Source of the DNA: a virus
DNA length: 40,535 nucleotides
Strand: one strand, 5' to 3'
Virus record (IMG/VR): IMGVR_UViG_3300031576_000144
Span: 1 to 40,535 of that record
Shown: positions 16,728 to 23,380 of the stretch, in pieces
Position numbering within the stretch: the stretch's first letter is position 1
Layout of the letters: every line of letters starts with the position of its first letter
Program-made: the position numbers and the translations under genes
The notes under the pieces: model-generated
The model's database searches: none
Told to the model about the DNA's origin: nothing
The model's input: only the letters and a program-made list of their open reading frames with translations

Positions 16728-16853
16728 CTAAAAACGAATGTACTTCTGAATCAGCCCGCCGACCACGAGCCCCACGACTGCCACGCAGAAGATCAGCGTG
16801 ACGACGTCGCCGTGGTCCCAGCCCTGCACCGGAGCCGTGAGCCAGGCCGTCAC
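16728..16853 (-). CDS. Tiny membrane protein (41 aa)
   Basis: Not in the track. GTG overlaps the upstream stop (GTGA). Translation TAWLTAPVQGWDHGDVVTLIFCVAVVGLVVGGLIQKYIRF. G/C-rich third positions. Confidence 0.5.
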   Translation of the reverse strand: MTAWLTAPVQGWDHGDVVTLIFCVAVVGLVVGGLIQKYIRF

Positions 16854-17020
16854 AGGCGGTCCCCGAACAGTCGCCCCAGGGCGAGTCCGTACCCGGCGCA
16901 TCCCATGATCACCCAGAACGCGAAGCTCCCGTGGCGATCACGCTTGACCGTGTGAAGCGCCGCTAAGAAGCAGGCCGTACCCGCAACGATATGGGCGATG
17001 GCCCAGCTGAGATTACTCAT
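16850..17020 (-). CDS. Tiny two-helix membrane protein (56 aa)
   Basis: Not in the track. Translation MSNLSWAIAHIVAGTACFLAALHTVKRDRHGSFAFWVIMGCAGYGLALGRLFGDRL. Overlaps the upstream gene end by 8 nt. G/C-rich third positions. Confidence 0.55.
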   Translation of the reverse strand: MSNLSWAIAHIVAGTACFLAALHTVKRDRHGSFAFWVIMGCAGYGLALGRLFGDRL

Positions 17021-17210
17021 GCCCGGTCTCCTTCTGCCCGAACCGCTGGTTCATCTGCCTCTCCGCTTGGGCCTCATCGAATGGGCGGAACTCCACCCAG
17101 GAGTCGGCGTACTTCGGCTCCGGTGGGAGGCGCCGGATGACGACCTCCTGGTTCCCCTCGTCCAGGCGGTACAGCGACTGCACGCTGATCCAGATCTTGT
17201 TAGGCGTCAC
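17013..17210 (-). CDS. Hypothetical protein (65 aa)
   Basis: GTG start with the strong SD GAAGGAGGAGAGG upstream. Confidence 0.65.
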   Translation of the reverse strand: MTPNKIWISVQSLYRLDEGNQEVVIRRLPPEPKYADSWVEFRPFDEAQAERQMNQRFGQKETGHE

Positions 17211-17322
17211 GCTTCCTCTCCTCCTTCAGCTTCCTCTATTGAGCCGGCGAGAGGGGTAGTCCTCCCGCCGGTATGTCCTACTCTTTCGGTGTTCGACTTA
17301 GCGCATGGCCTCACCTCCCCTT

Positions 17323-17574
17323 TCATAATCGTTTGCCTTCCCGCTTCTCCTTCGCCCGCTTCATCGCCAGCCACTCCGGCCCCTCGGGGCACGCGTGGAC
17401 GTGGCTCACGAAGGCGTCGGTACGCACGGCCTTCATGTCTCCGAAGATGTCCTTCTCGATCGAGTAGCAAGCGGCCTTCCGGTCCAGCGGTACGGACTTC
17501 TTCGTGGAGTCGCAGTAGGCGAAGAAGATCATCCGGCGGCAGTCCTTGCAGGGGCGGATCGAGAGGTTGTTCAC
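17323..17574 (-). CDS. Small Cys/His-rich protein (83 aa)
   Basis: GTG 17574 overlaps the stop of the J-domain gene (GTGA). Contains CKDC ... HVHAC. The longer track ORF (to 17823) is an out-of-frame extension across the upstream gene. Confidence 0.6.
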   Translation of the reverse strand: MNNLSIRPCKDCRRMIFFAYCDSTKKSVPLDRKAACYSIEKDIFGDMKAVRTDAFVSHVHACPEGPEWLAMKRAKEKREGKRL

Positions 17575-18167
17575 GCGCCCTTCTCCGCCCGGGCCGTCTC
17601 GATCGCCCGGTTCATGGCCTGCATCTCCGCGGCATCCCCGCCCAGGTCCGGGTGCAGCTGCTTCGCCCGCATCTTGTAGGCGAACTCGATCGCATCCAGC
17701 GGCCACTCCTGAGAGCACCCCAGGACGGTCCACCAGTCCGGATCTGGCTCGACGTGGCCGGCTGGCGGGGGCAGAGCGGTGAAGCCCTGGAAGACCCGGT
17801 CGAGCATGTCGCTCGCGCCCCACCGATCCAGCCCGCGCATCGCCTCCACCGTGAGCCCGATCGCCCGGAGGTTATCCTCGATCCTCTCCCACCGGTCGCA
17901 GGCGATCGACAGCGGCCGGCCCTTGCGGTGGAAGTAAACCGCCACACCCGGGTCCTCGATCCTCCGCTCGGCCGCGTACGGCTGGCCGTCCTTTCGGATC
18001 GGCTGGTTGGTTGAGATGATCACGTTCGTGACTCGCATAAGTCGGAGCTCGTTCTGCACCGACCAGAGTCCGCCCGCCCAGGTCGACTTGAACTTCGCCC
18101 GGACTCGCCCGAGAGGCTTCGTCCTTTTGAACGCTACCGGCCAGTCCAGCGGATACGCTTCAGGCAT
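17571..18167 (-). CDS. J-domain (DnaJ-like) protein with an uncharacterised N-terminal domain
   Basis: ATG 18167 overlaps the upstream stop (ATGA). The C-terminus WWTVLGCSQEWPLDAIEFAYKMRAKQLHPDLGGD carries the HPD tripeptide in J-domain context. Confidence 0.7.
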   Translation of the reverse strand: MPEAYPLDWPVAFKRTKPLGRVRAKFKSTWAGGLWSVQNELRLMRVTNVIISTNQPIRKDGQPYAAERRIEDPGVAVYFHRKGRPLSIACDRWERIEDNLRAIGLTVEAMRGLDRWGASDMLDRVFQGFTALPPPAGHVEPDPDWWTVLGCSQEWPLDAIEFAYKMRAKQLHPDLGGDAAEMQAMNRAIETARAEKGA

Positions 18168-18658
18168 CAGTACGCCCCGCTCAGATTCTTGCCGTCGACT
18201 TCTGCCGGAGCCTCGGGCTTGAGCCACTTGCGCTTTAGCTTCTTGCCGGCCAGGGGGAGATCCGCCTGCCGCTCGGAGTCTTCCATCGCCCGCTCCTCGA
18301 CCATGAACCACTCGCCCTCGCGCTCGACATAGAAGCGGATCAGGTTCTGCTCGAAGACCTTCTGCATCACGCAGTCCACCAGCCTGAGCTCGGAGCCTGA
18401 CTTGATCTCGCCCAGGAGCCGGTCGCGGTCCTTCTGCACCCGGCGGATATTCGCGGCCGTGCCCTTCGCCTCCTCCTTCCAGCCCTCGATACTCTTCGCG
18501 CAGGTCGCCGCCTCCTGCGCCTTCTCGGCGATCTCCTTATCCGAGAGCGGGATCGTCAGCTCCTTCTGCAGGGCCACCCCCGTCGGCGCCTCCTTCATCA
18601 GCTTGAGCTTGCGCTCCTTGGGTGCCTTCGTCTTCGCTGCCTTCTTCGACTTGCTCAT
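18167..18658 (-). CDS. Hypothetical protein with a Lys-rich N-terminus (163 aa)
   Basis: ATG 18658 (MSKSKKAAKTKAPK...) is preceded by GAAAGGA. The upstream VTVTV part of the track ORF is a repeat-derived shadow. Confidence 0.65.
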   Translation of the reverse strand: MSKSKKAAKTKAPKERKLKLMKEAPTGVALQKELTIPLSDKEIAEKAQEAATCAKSIEGWKEEAKGTAANIRRVQKDRDRLLGEIKSGSELRLVDCVMQKVFEQNLIRFYVEREGEWFMVEERAMEDSERQADLPLAGKKLKRKWLKPEAPAEVDGKNLSGAY

Positions 18659-18677
18659 GCATTCCTTTCTGCTGTTC

Positions 18678-18941
18678 TCAGTCACCGTCACCGGAACCGT
18701 CACCGTCACCGGAACCGTCACCGGAACCGTCACCGGAACCGTCACCGTCACCGGAACCGTCACCGTCACCGTCACCAGAACCGTAACCGGAACCGTCACC
18801 GTAACCGGAACCGTCACCAGAACCGTAACCGGAGACGTAACCGTCACCGTAACCGGAACCGTCACCGTAACCGTAACCGGAACCGGAGACGTGCTGACTT
18901 TCCTCGCCGAGAGAACCGATCAGTCGCAGTGCTTCGCCCAT
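18678..18941 (-). CDS. Acidic (Gly-X)n dipeptide-repeat protein (87 aa)
   Basis: ATG 18941 has GAGGAGG 5 nt upstream. A 17-aa leader is followed by about 35 G-[D/S/Y] dipeptides encoded by the hexamer repeat. Confidence 0.55.
   Translation of the reverse strand: MGEALRLIGSLGEESQHVSGSGYGYGDGSGYGDGYVSGYGSGDGSGYGDGSGYGSGDGDGDGSGDGDGSGDGSGDGSGDGDGSGDGD
18681..18890. repeat. Tandem hexanucleotide repeat, 35 units (GTCACC / GGAACC / GTAACC variants)
   Basis: Parsed directly: 35 consecutive hexamers with the pattern NNNACC, using five variants. All three minus-strand frames stay open. Confidence 0.95.
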
Positions 18942-19195
18942 GCCGCCTCCTCGAGGTCGCGGATTAGATTCACCGCGGTCAGCTCATGGAAGTCTACGGT
19001 GCCGGCAGGGTCAAGCTTCGTGATGGCGGTCGGCCCCTTACGAAGCTGTCCAAGCCCATTCGTCGTACCCCACGATCTGATGCAGTTTGCTCCTTTCAAT
19101 CGGAGCCATCCCGGCATGTCAGGAACCATCGTCAGCCTGCCCACGTAGACCCAGCCCCTCTGCAGTACCGCGATCACAATCTTCGAGTCGTTCAT
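18920..19195 (-). CDS. Hypothetical protein (91 aa)
   Basis: ATG 19195 is preceded by GGAAGGTGGAG. Composition is protein-like. Confidence 0.7.
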   Translation of the reverse strand: MNDSKIVIAVLQRGWVYVGRLTMVPDMPGWLRLKGANCIRSWGTTNGLGQLRKGPTAITKLDPAGTVDFHELTAVNLIRDLEEAAWAKHCD

Positions 19196-19469
19196 GTCTC
19201 CACCTTCCGTTATCTAGTTTCCACCCAGCGAGTTCTAACCAATGACCGATCGCTGGGTACTTCTCGGCCATGTATTTCAATCCCCTGCGGTGCCGCTCCT
19301 GGTGACAACGCCTGCACAAAGGCAGGAGGTTCTCCGCCACATCATCGCCGCCCGCGCCTCTCGTCCTAACATGGTCGGCATCAGAGGGTGTCCTCTGGCA
19401 ACCCATACATGGCAGGGTCCGCACCAGCGCCAGGAGTCCCTTGTCCACGACTCGCCTTCGCTTCAGCAC
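19119..19469 (-). CDS. HNH-type endonuclease-like protein
   Basis: PCMGC...DADHV...NLLPLCRRCHQERH fits the Cys4/HNH motif arrangement. GTG start. Long overlaps with both neighbours. Confidence 0.5.
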   Translation of the reverse strand: MLKRRRVVDKGLLALVRTLPCMGCQRTPSDADHVRTRGAGGDDVAENLLPLCRRCHQERHRRGLKYMAEKYPAIGHWLELAGWKLDNGRWRHERLEDCDRGTAEGLGLRGQADDGS

Positions 19470-19677
19470 GGTTGAACGCCTTCACGGCAAGATCCATCGA
19501 GCGGGCGTGCTCCTCCGGAGAGACCGGCCGAACCCCGTAGATCGCGGCACCTGGTTGCGCCAACCCTCGCCCGCGGCAGCGAGGGCAGAGCTCGAGTCGG
19601 TCTGGCCCCCCCTCCCGATGCGCCATCAGCCATACTTCCCCGGCTCCGCCGCACGTTGCGCAGATCCCTTCTGTCAC
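19381..19677 (-). CDS. Zinc-ribbon protein with DnaJ-type CxxCxGxG motifs
   Basis: CATCGGAG and CPRCRGRG. GTG start overlaps the upstream stop (GTGA). Confidence 0.55.
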   Translation of the reverse strand: MTEGICATCGGAGEVWLMAHREGGPDRLELCPRCRGRGLAQPGAAIYGVRPVSPEEHARSMDLAVKAFNRAEAKASRGQGTPGAGADPAMYGLPEDTL

Positions 19678-20042
19678 GACTCCTCCCTGGCGAGATACGC
19701 CTGCCGCTCGATATCCCGCGCGATCTGCTTCTTCCTAAGCTGCCTGCGCGCGGCCTCGATAAGGACGGTCGCTGCGTCCCGATACTCCTCCGCTGCCGCG
19801 TCCACGAGATCCTGATCTCCACTCTCGACTGCATCCCTCAGCCACCCTTCCGCTTCATCCCACTTCTCTCGGAGCCCGATGTCAGTCAGGGCATCCATCA
19901 GGGTGGGGAGCACCCGAAGGCCGAGTACCGCTTCGCCCCCCCGATCCCGAATACCTAACGACGTGAGCGCGAGCTCAACCTGATTTACGACGCGTCCGAA
20001 CTGCACGGCCGAGCACCTCCCCTTCGGTGTAGGTCGTTCCAT
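19674..20042 (-). CDS. Hypothetical protein (122 aa; start uncertain)
   Basis: ORF downstream of the helicase gene. ATG 20042 would overlap the helicase by 68 nt with a weak SD. Confidence 0.5.
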   Translation of the reverse strand: MERPTPKGRCSAVQFGRVVNQVELALTSLGIRDRGGEAVLGLRVLPTLMDALTDIGLREKWDEAEGWLRDAVESGDQDLVDAAAEEYRDAATVLIEAARRQLRKKQIARDIERQAYLAREES

Positions 20043-20892
20043 CGCTCGTGAAGATCAGCCGGTGATTCGTGTAGACCCCCCGCCGGCGCATCTTCCGGAG
20101 CGTGATCACCCGGTCAAGCGGAGTCCGGACGTCGTTCTCTATGTCCTCCTCGCTCGGCGGGTTGAAGAGCAGCACGTTCTGCGCCTCCTGCACCGAGGTG
20201 GATGAGCCCTTGATATCGTTCTCGCTCTCCACCAGGCCGTCGACCTTGCGCGGGTGCATGACCTGGATCCAGTGGATCGGGGCGTTCTTCGTGAAGTCGA
20301 TCATCCGGTGGGTCACCCGGTCCTGCTCGATCATCCAGGCGCGCTCGTCCTTCACCTCGAGGAAGTAGTTCAGGTTATCGGTGATCGCGATCGTGCACTG
20401 GTGGACCTGCTTCGCGTGCCAAATATCGTCCATCAGGATGTCGGGGTCCACGCGGTCGTCGTACACGCTGAGCTGGACCCGGTCCGTGAGGAAGAAGTCG
20501 GCGTGCTTCGAGTTGATCGACTGCAGGCGCTCCGCGTGGACAGAGTCCCCCGTGTTTACATCGAAGCCGTGGACCACGGAGATCATACGCTTCACGAAGT
20601 CCGAGTCTCCCGTCTCGACAGGGGCCACGAAGAGTCGGTGGCCTGCCATCACGAGCTGCACCGCGATATTAGCGAGCAGTGTGGTTTTTCCTACCCCCGT
20701 CCCGCCACAGAGAATCGAGTACTCACCTAGACGGAAGCCCCCTGTCAGCCAGTTGAACTTCGTCCAGTTGTAGAGCTTCGCCGATGGGAAGGGGCGCGCG
20801 AGCTCGCCCATGGCCTGCCCGTACACGTCGCCGATCGAGCGCATCCGGATCTTATGCTCTCGCTTCGGGCGGCGGTGGGGGGCCAGCTCCAT
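19975..20892 (-). CDS. DnaB-like / RecA-fold replicative helicase (P-loop ATPase)
   Basis: ATG 20892 overlaps the upstream stop (ATGA). Walker A CGGTGVGKTT. The layout resembles the DnaB C-terminal domain. No N-terminal DnaB domain or primase domain is present. Confidence 0.6.
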   Translation of the reverse strand: MELAPHRRPKREHKIRMRSIGDVYGQAMGELARPFPSAKLYNWTKFNWLTGGFRLGEYSILCGGTGVGKTTLLANIAVQLVMAGHRLFVAPVETGDSDFVKRMISVVHGFDVNTGDSVHAERLQSINSKHADFFLTDRVQLSVYDDRVDPDILMDDIWHAKQVHQCTIAITDNLNYFLEVKDERAWMIEQDRVTHRMIDFTKNAPIHWIQVMHPRKVDGLVESENDIKGSSTSVQEAQNVLLFNPPSEEDIENDVRTPLDRVITLRKMRRRGVYTNHRLIFTSDGTTYTEGEVLGRAVRTRRKSG

Positions 20893-21233
20893 CACGGGAT
20901 CACCTCTCCCGTGGAAGTCATGCCCGGGATCTGGATCGACTGACCTCCGCGGGGGGGATTGCCATTCGGCTTCAGCGGGTTCTCGATGAAGTCCTCCCAC
21001 TCGCCGGCGAAGGTGGAGAAGTGCTTCACGTACTGGTCCTCGGTCTGCTCCCGTCTCACCAGGGCAGCGTAGTGGAGGACCGCGAGCTGGAACTGAGCCA
21101 GGCGCTCGGGGGTCTTGATCTGGCGGAGGAGGCGGTCAACCCCCTTCTTCTTCCCGCGGTGCCGCGGGTACTGCAGGTACGCTTCCTCGATCGCGCGGCG
21201 GATCTGACTGCGATCCATGATCTCCATCTCCAA
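20892..21233 (-). CDS. Hypothetical protein (first gene after the terminator; possible helicase partner)
   Basis: 113-aa ORF coupled to the helicase gene. Three in-frame ATGs lie at the start (MEMEIMD) within GGAGATGGAGATCATG. Confidence 0.65.
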   Translation of the reverse strand: MEMEIMDRSQIRRAIEEAYLQYPRHRGKKKGVDRLLRQIKTPERLAQFQLAVLHYAALVRREQTEDQYVKHFSTFAGEWEDFIENPLKPNGNPPRGGQSIQIPGMTSTGEVIP

Positions 21234-21382
21234 ATTGAAAGGGCCAGTCAGCTATCCTTCGCGAGGAAACCGACCGGCCCTGGATCACCTTGCTTGGGGC
21301 ACGGTGAAGCATTCAAACTTGGGGTCCTCGCGAAGTGCCTCGAGGATTAAAACGAGTTCGGTCGAGAGTCCACCGAAATAAT

Positions 21383-21416
21383 AAAAAAGGGCTGGACCTT
21401 GCGGACCAACCCTTTT
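21383..21416 (-). terminator. Rho-independent terminator (strongest on the minus strand)
   Basis: 10-bp arms at 21389-21398 / 21403-21412 with a 4-nt loop. On minus-strand RNA, 9 of 10 positions pair (one G-U) with loop GCAA, followed by UUUUUUAUUAUUU. On the plus strand it has two mismatches and a shorter U run. Confidence 0.8.
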
Positions 21417-21833
21417 ATGTTCCTCGTCGCTGAACAGAGAACGGATCCTTCTTCGCACGTTCGTGCGGAAAATACCATTCCAAATCAGCCCGGCTCGATG
21501 AGCGAGATGCAAACGACGTAGTTCGAGCCGGTGAGAGTGGTCGGCGGTGAGTTCATTCGACCAGCCGTGGGATGCAACCCTTTGGGGTTCAGGTAGAGCG
21601 GCGAACGGTGGGGCGTCTTGAGCCCTATATAGTCTGCCTGGGGGCTTCCGGTCTTTGACCCGGCGGCCTGTCTCGAAACGACGGCTCGTCCGGGGGCGAT
21701 CGAATGAGAGACATGTTTCGACTCGCTGCACTTTTTAGTGCCAGCCTGGTTAGGAAACGTGTCTCTCACTCTGGTCTGAACCGAAAGCTGACCCCTCTCT
21801 TAAAGGCAGGAACAGTGAGCAAGGAGAACTAAA
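21417..21833. other. Long structured non-coding region (candidate ncRNA and/or rnhA leader)
   Basis: No credible ORF in six frames. Stems at 21452-21469, 21490-21498/21523-21531, 21576-21589, and a 14-bp stem 21706-21719/21754-21767 enclosing hairpin 21728-21741. Confidence 0.5.
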
Positions 21834-22319
21834 ATGAACTCTGCTGAAGCAATGAGCGTGTGGACCGATGGATGTTGTATGCCGAACCCAGGAGTCGGTG
21901 GCTGGGCGTGGGTCACTCGAGCGGGGATGCGAGGACCGCACGCTCAAGGCAGAGATGCCTTCTCGACCAACCAGCGGATGGAACTCATGGCTGTGATTCA
22001 CGCGCTCGAGCAGAACCCTGGCGCGCCTATGCGGATCCACTCTGACAGCCAGTACGTGATCCTCGGAGCCACGAAGTGGTCGAGGAGCTGGCTGGCAAAC
22101 GGTTGGAAGAATTCGCAGCGAAAGGATGTCGCGAACCGCGAGCTCTGGGAGCGCCTCCTGCGTTCTATAGCCGGCCGGTCGATCGAGTTTATTTGGGTCA
22201 AAGGCCACTCCGGGGATGAGATGAATGACCTGGCTGACGATCTCGCCACGCAGGCTACGCGCCTGAATCCTAAAGTGATTGAGCGATACCGACGAATGTA
22301 CCATGGAGCGCCCGCTTAA
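21834..22319 (+). CDS. rnhA: Ribonuclease HI
   Basis: WTDGCCMPNPGVGGWA, TNQRMELMAVIHAL, IHSDSQYV, WVKGHSGDEMNDLADDLA give the complete RNase H1 motif set (D-E-D-D). SD AAGGAGA upstream. Confidence 0.9.
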   Translation: MNSAEAMSVWTDGCCMPNPGVGGWAWVTRAGMRGPHAQGRDAFSTNQRMELMAVIHALEQNPGAPMRIHSDSQYVILGATKWSRSWLANGWKNSQRKDVANRELWERLLRSIAGRSIEFIWVKGHSGDEMNDLADDLATQATRLNPKVIERYRRMYHGAPA

Positions 22320-22729
22320 AACCCCAGCTCCGGCTCGATCGGAGCGTCGAAGTCCGGGCCTGGGTTCGGATCCACCTGCTGCATCCCCTTGCCGAGATCC
22401 CGAGGCTTCCCACCCGTGAGGCAGCGAACGGTGATCGCGTGGATCTCGGTACCCCGCTTGCGGTACCCATCCTTGCCGACCCACTCCCGGGTGACGAGCT
22501 TGCCCTCGACGAAGACGAGGACGCCGGTGAGGAGGTAGGGCTTCATCCTCCTGGCCAGCCCGCCCCAGAGAACGACACGCATCCACTCCGTGGCCTTGTT
22601 CTCCACGCCCCGCTTATCGATCCAGCGATCGGTCATGCCGATAGAGAAGGTCGCGACCGGGCCGCCCGCGGTGTCTCGGAGCTCAGCGGTCTTCCCGATC
22701 CAGCCGATGCAGGTGGCGCGGTTGAGCAC
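22316..22729 (-). CDS. ssb: Single-stranded DNA-binding protein
   Basis: OB-fold SSB N-terminus (LNRATCIGWIGKTAELR...ATFSIGM...TEWMRVVLWG) and an acidic C-terminal tip DFDAPIEPELGF. GTG start. Confidence 0.85.
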   Translation of the reverse strand: MLNRATCIGWIGKTAELRDTAGGPVATFSIGMTDRWIDKRGVENKATEWMRVVLWGGLARRMKPYLLTGVLVFVEGKLVTREWVGKDGYRKRGTEIHAITVRCLTGGKPRDLGKGMQQVDPNPGPDFDAPIEPELGF

Positions 22730-22753
22730 CCCTCGATTGTATTACAACTTATA

Positions 22754-23380
22754 TTACAAGTCCGGGAAGTCGCGCGCGAGATGGGCGTCGCACTCCGACT
22801 GCTTCTCGTGGGGGCAATCGCCCGTGCTGCACGCGTGATCCTCACGGTTGAAAGCTATCTCGGGTGCCGGAGTCGAACCGACCGTGGCCGACGCTGCCGC
22901 ATCCCCACCGCCCGTGGGAGGACCCGAGTTCAAGGCTTCGCGAGCGCGTTCGACTGCACCGATTTTATCCCGGCTCCCGTATGCCGTGCGCAAATCCTCA
23001 ATCGCTTGCTCCAGAGCCCCCAGAAATCGGGCGTTCTCCTCTTCGAGCTGCGCGAGCACGTCTGGGCAGGTGACCGTGATCTCGATCTTCGAGTACTTCT
23101 GGAAGTCGCACGCTTCGAGGATCTGCCGAAGAGCCGCGGCCGTTCTGCCACATCGATTGGGTGTAACCCATGTCGCCCGGAAGACCTGGCGCTCTACCGG
23201 CTGAGCTGCCTCCCCACGTGCGAACAGTATCTTGATCTCGTTGGCAACTATTTCAAGCTGGCAGATGGCGAGCTCGTAGGCCGAGTATACGGTGCCGCCA
23301 GGCTTCGCGCCCGCCATCTTCAGGACATCCTTCGCGATCTGATCGTTGATCACCTTCAGGACCTGATCGAGCGTGACCAC
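22754..23380 (-). CDS. Hypothetical protein (208 aa)
   Basis: Protein-like ORF between erf and ssb, abutting the erf stop. Confidence 0.7.
   Translation of the reverse strand: MVTLDQVLKVINDQIAKDVLKMAGAKPGGTVYSAYELAICQLEIVANEIKILFARGEAAQPVERQVFRATWVTPNRCGRTAAALRQILEACDFQKYSKIEITVTCPDVLAQLEEENARFLGALEQAIEDLRTAYGSRDKIGAVERAREALNSGPPTGGGDAAASATVGSTPAPEIAFNREDHACSTGDCPHEKQSECDAHLARDFPDL

Noticed and set aside
17575-18311. N-terminal extensions of track ORFs 17323..17823 and 17571..18311
   Set aside because: The extended parts are Arg/Gly/Pro-rich and overlap the upstream genes. Overlap-coupled internal starts (GTG 17574, ATG 18167) give compact proteins with sensible N-termini.
18659-18865. The VTVPVTVTV... 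N-terminal extension of track ORF 18167..18865, and the plus-strand TGTVTV frame
   Set aside because: These are artefacts of the hexamer repeat keeping every frame open. The downstream gene has its own ATG and SD at 18658, and the Gly-X frame has the strong SD.
18681-18890. Possible CRISPR array or satellite repeat
   Set aside because: The units are contiguous 6-mers with no spacers and lie in frame within an ORF. This is not CRISPR-like.
1394-21236. Recurrent 10-mer GATGGAGATC on the minus strand at 1394-1407, 12691-12700, 14941-14950 and about 21224-21236 as a possible regulatory motif
   Set aside because: Each copy reads Met-Glu-Ile in frame and contains an SD-like GGAG. One copy is plainly internal to the methyltransferase gene, and similar GAG/ATC-rich strings are common here. 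This is probably codon and SD composition rather than a binding site. Only the inverted pair at 1394-1448 is retained as a finding.
21470-21525. tmRNA-like strings (GGGCTGATTTGGAATGG on the minus strand resembling a tmRNA 5' end; GCAAACGAC on the plus strand resembling a tag start)
   Set aside because: There is no T-arm or CCA-type 3' end and no plausible tag ending in Ala-Ala. The two elements are on opposite strands, so this is most likely coincidence. No tRNA cloverleaf was found anywhere in this gap either.
21285-22586. Minus-strand track ORFs 21285..21731, 21485..21769 and 21750..22586
   Set aside because: Their composition is junk-like. The first crosses the intrinsic terminator, and the last is simply the antisense of the well-supported rnhA gene.
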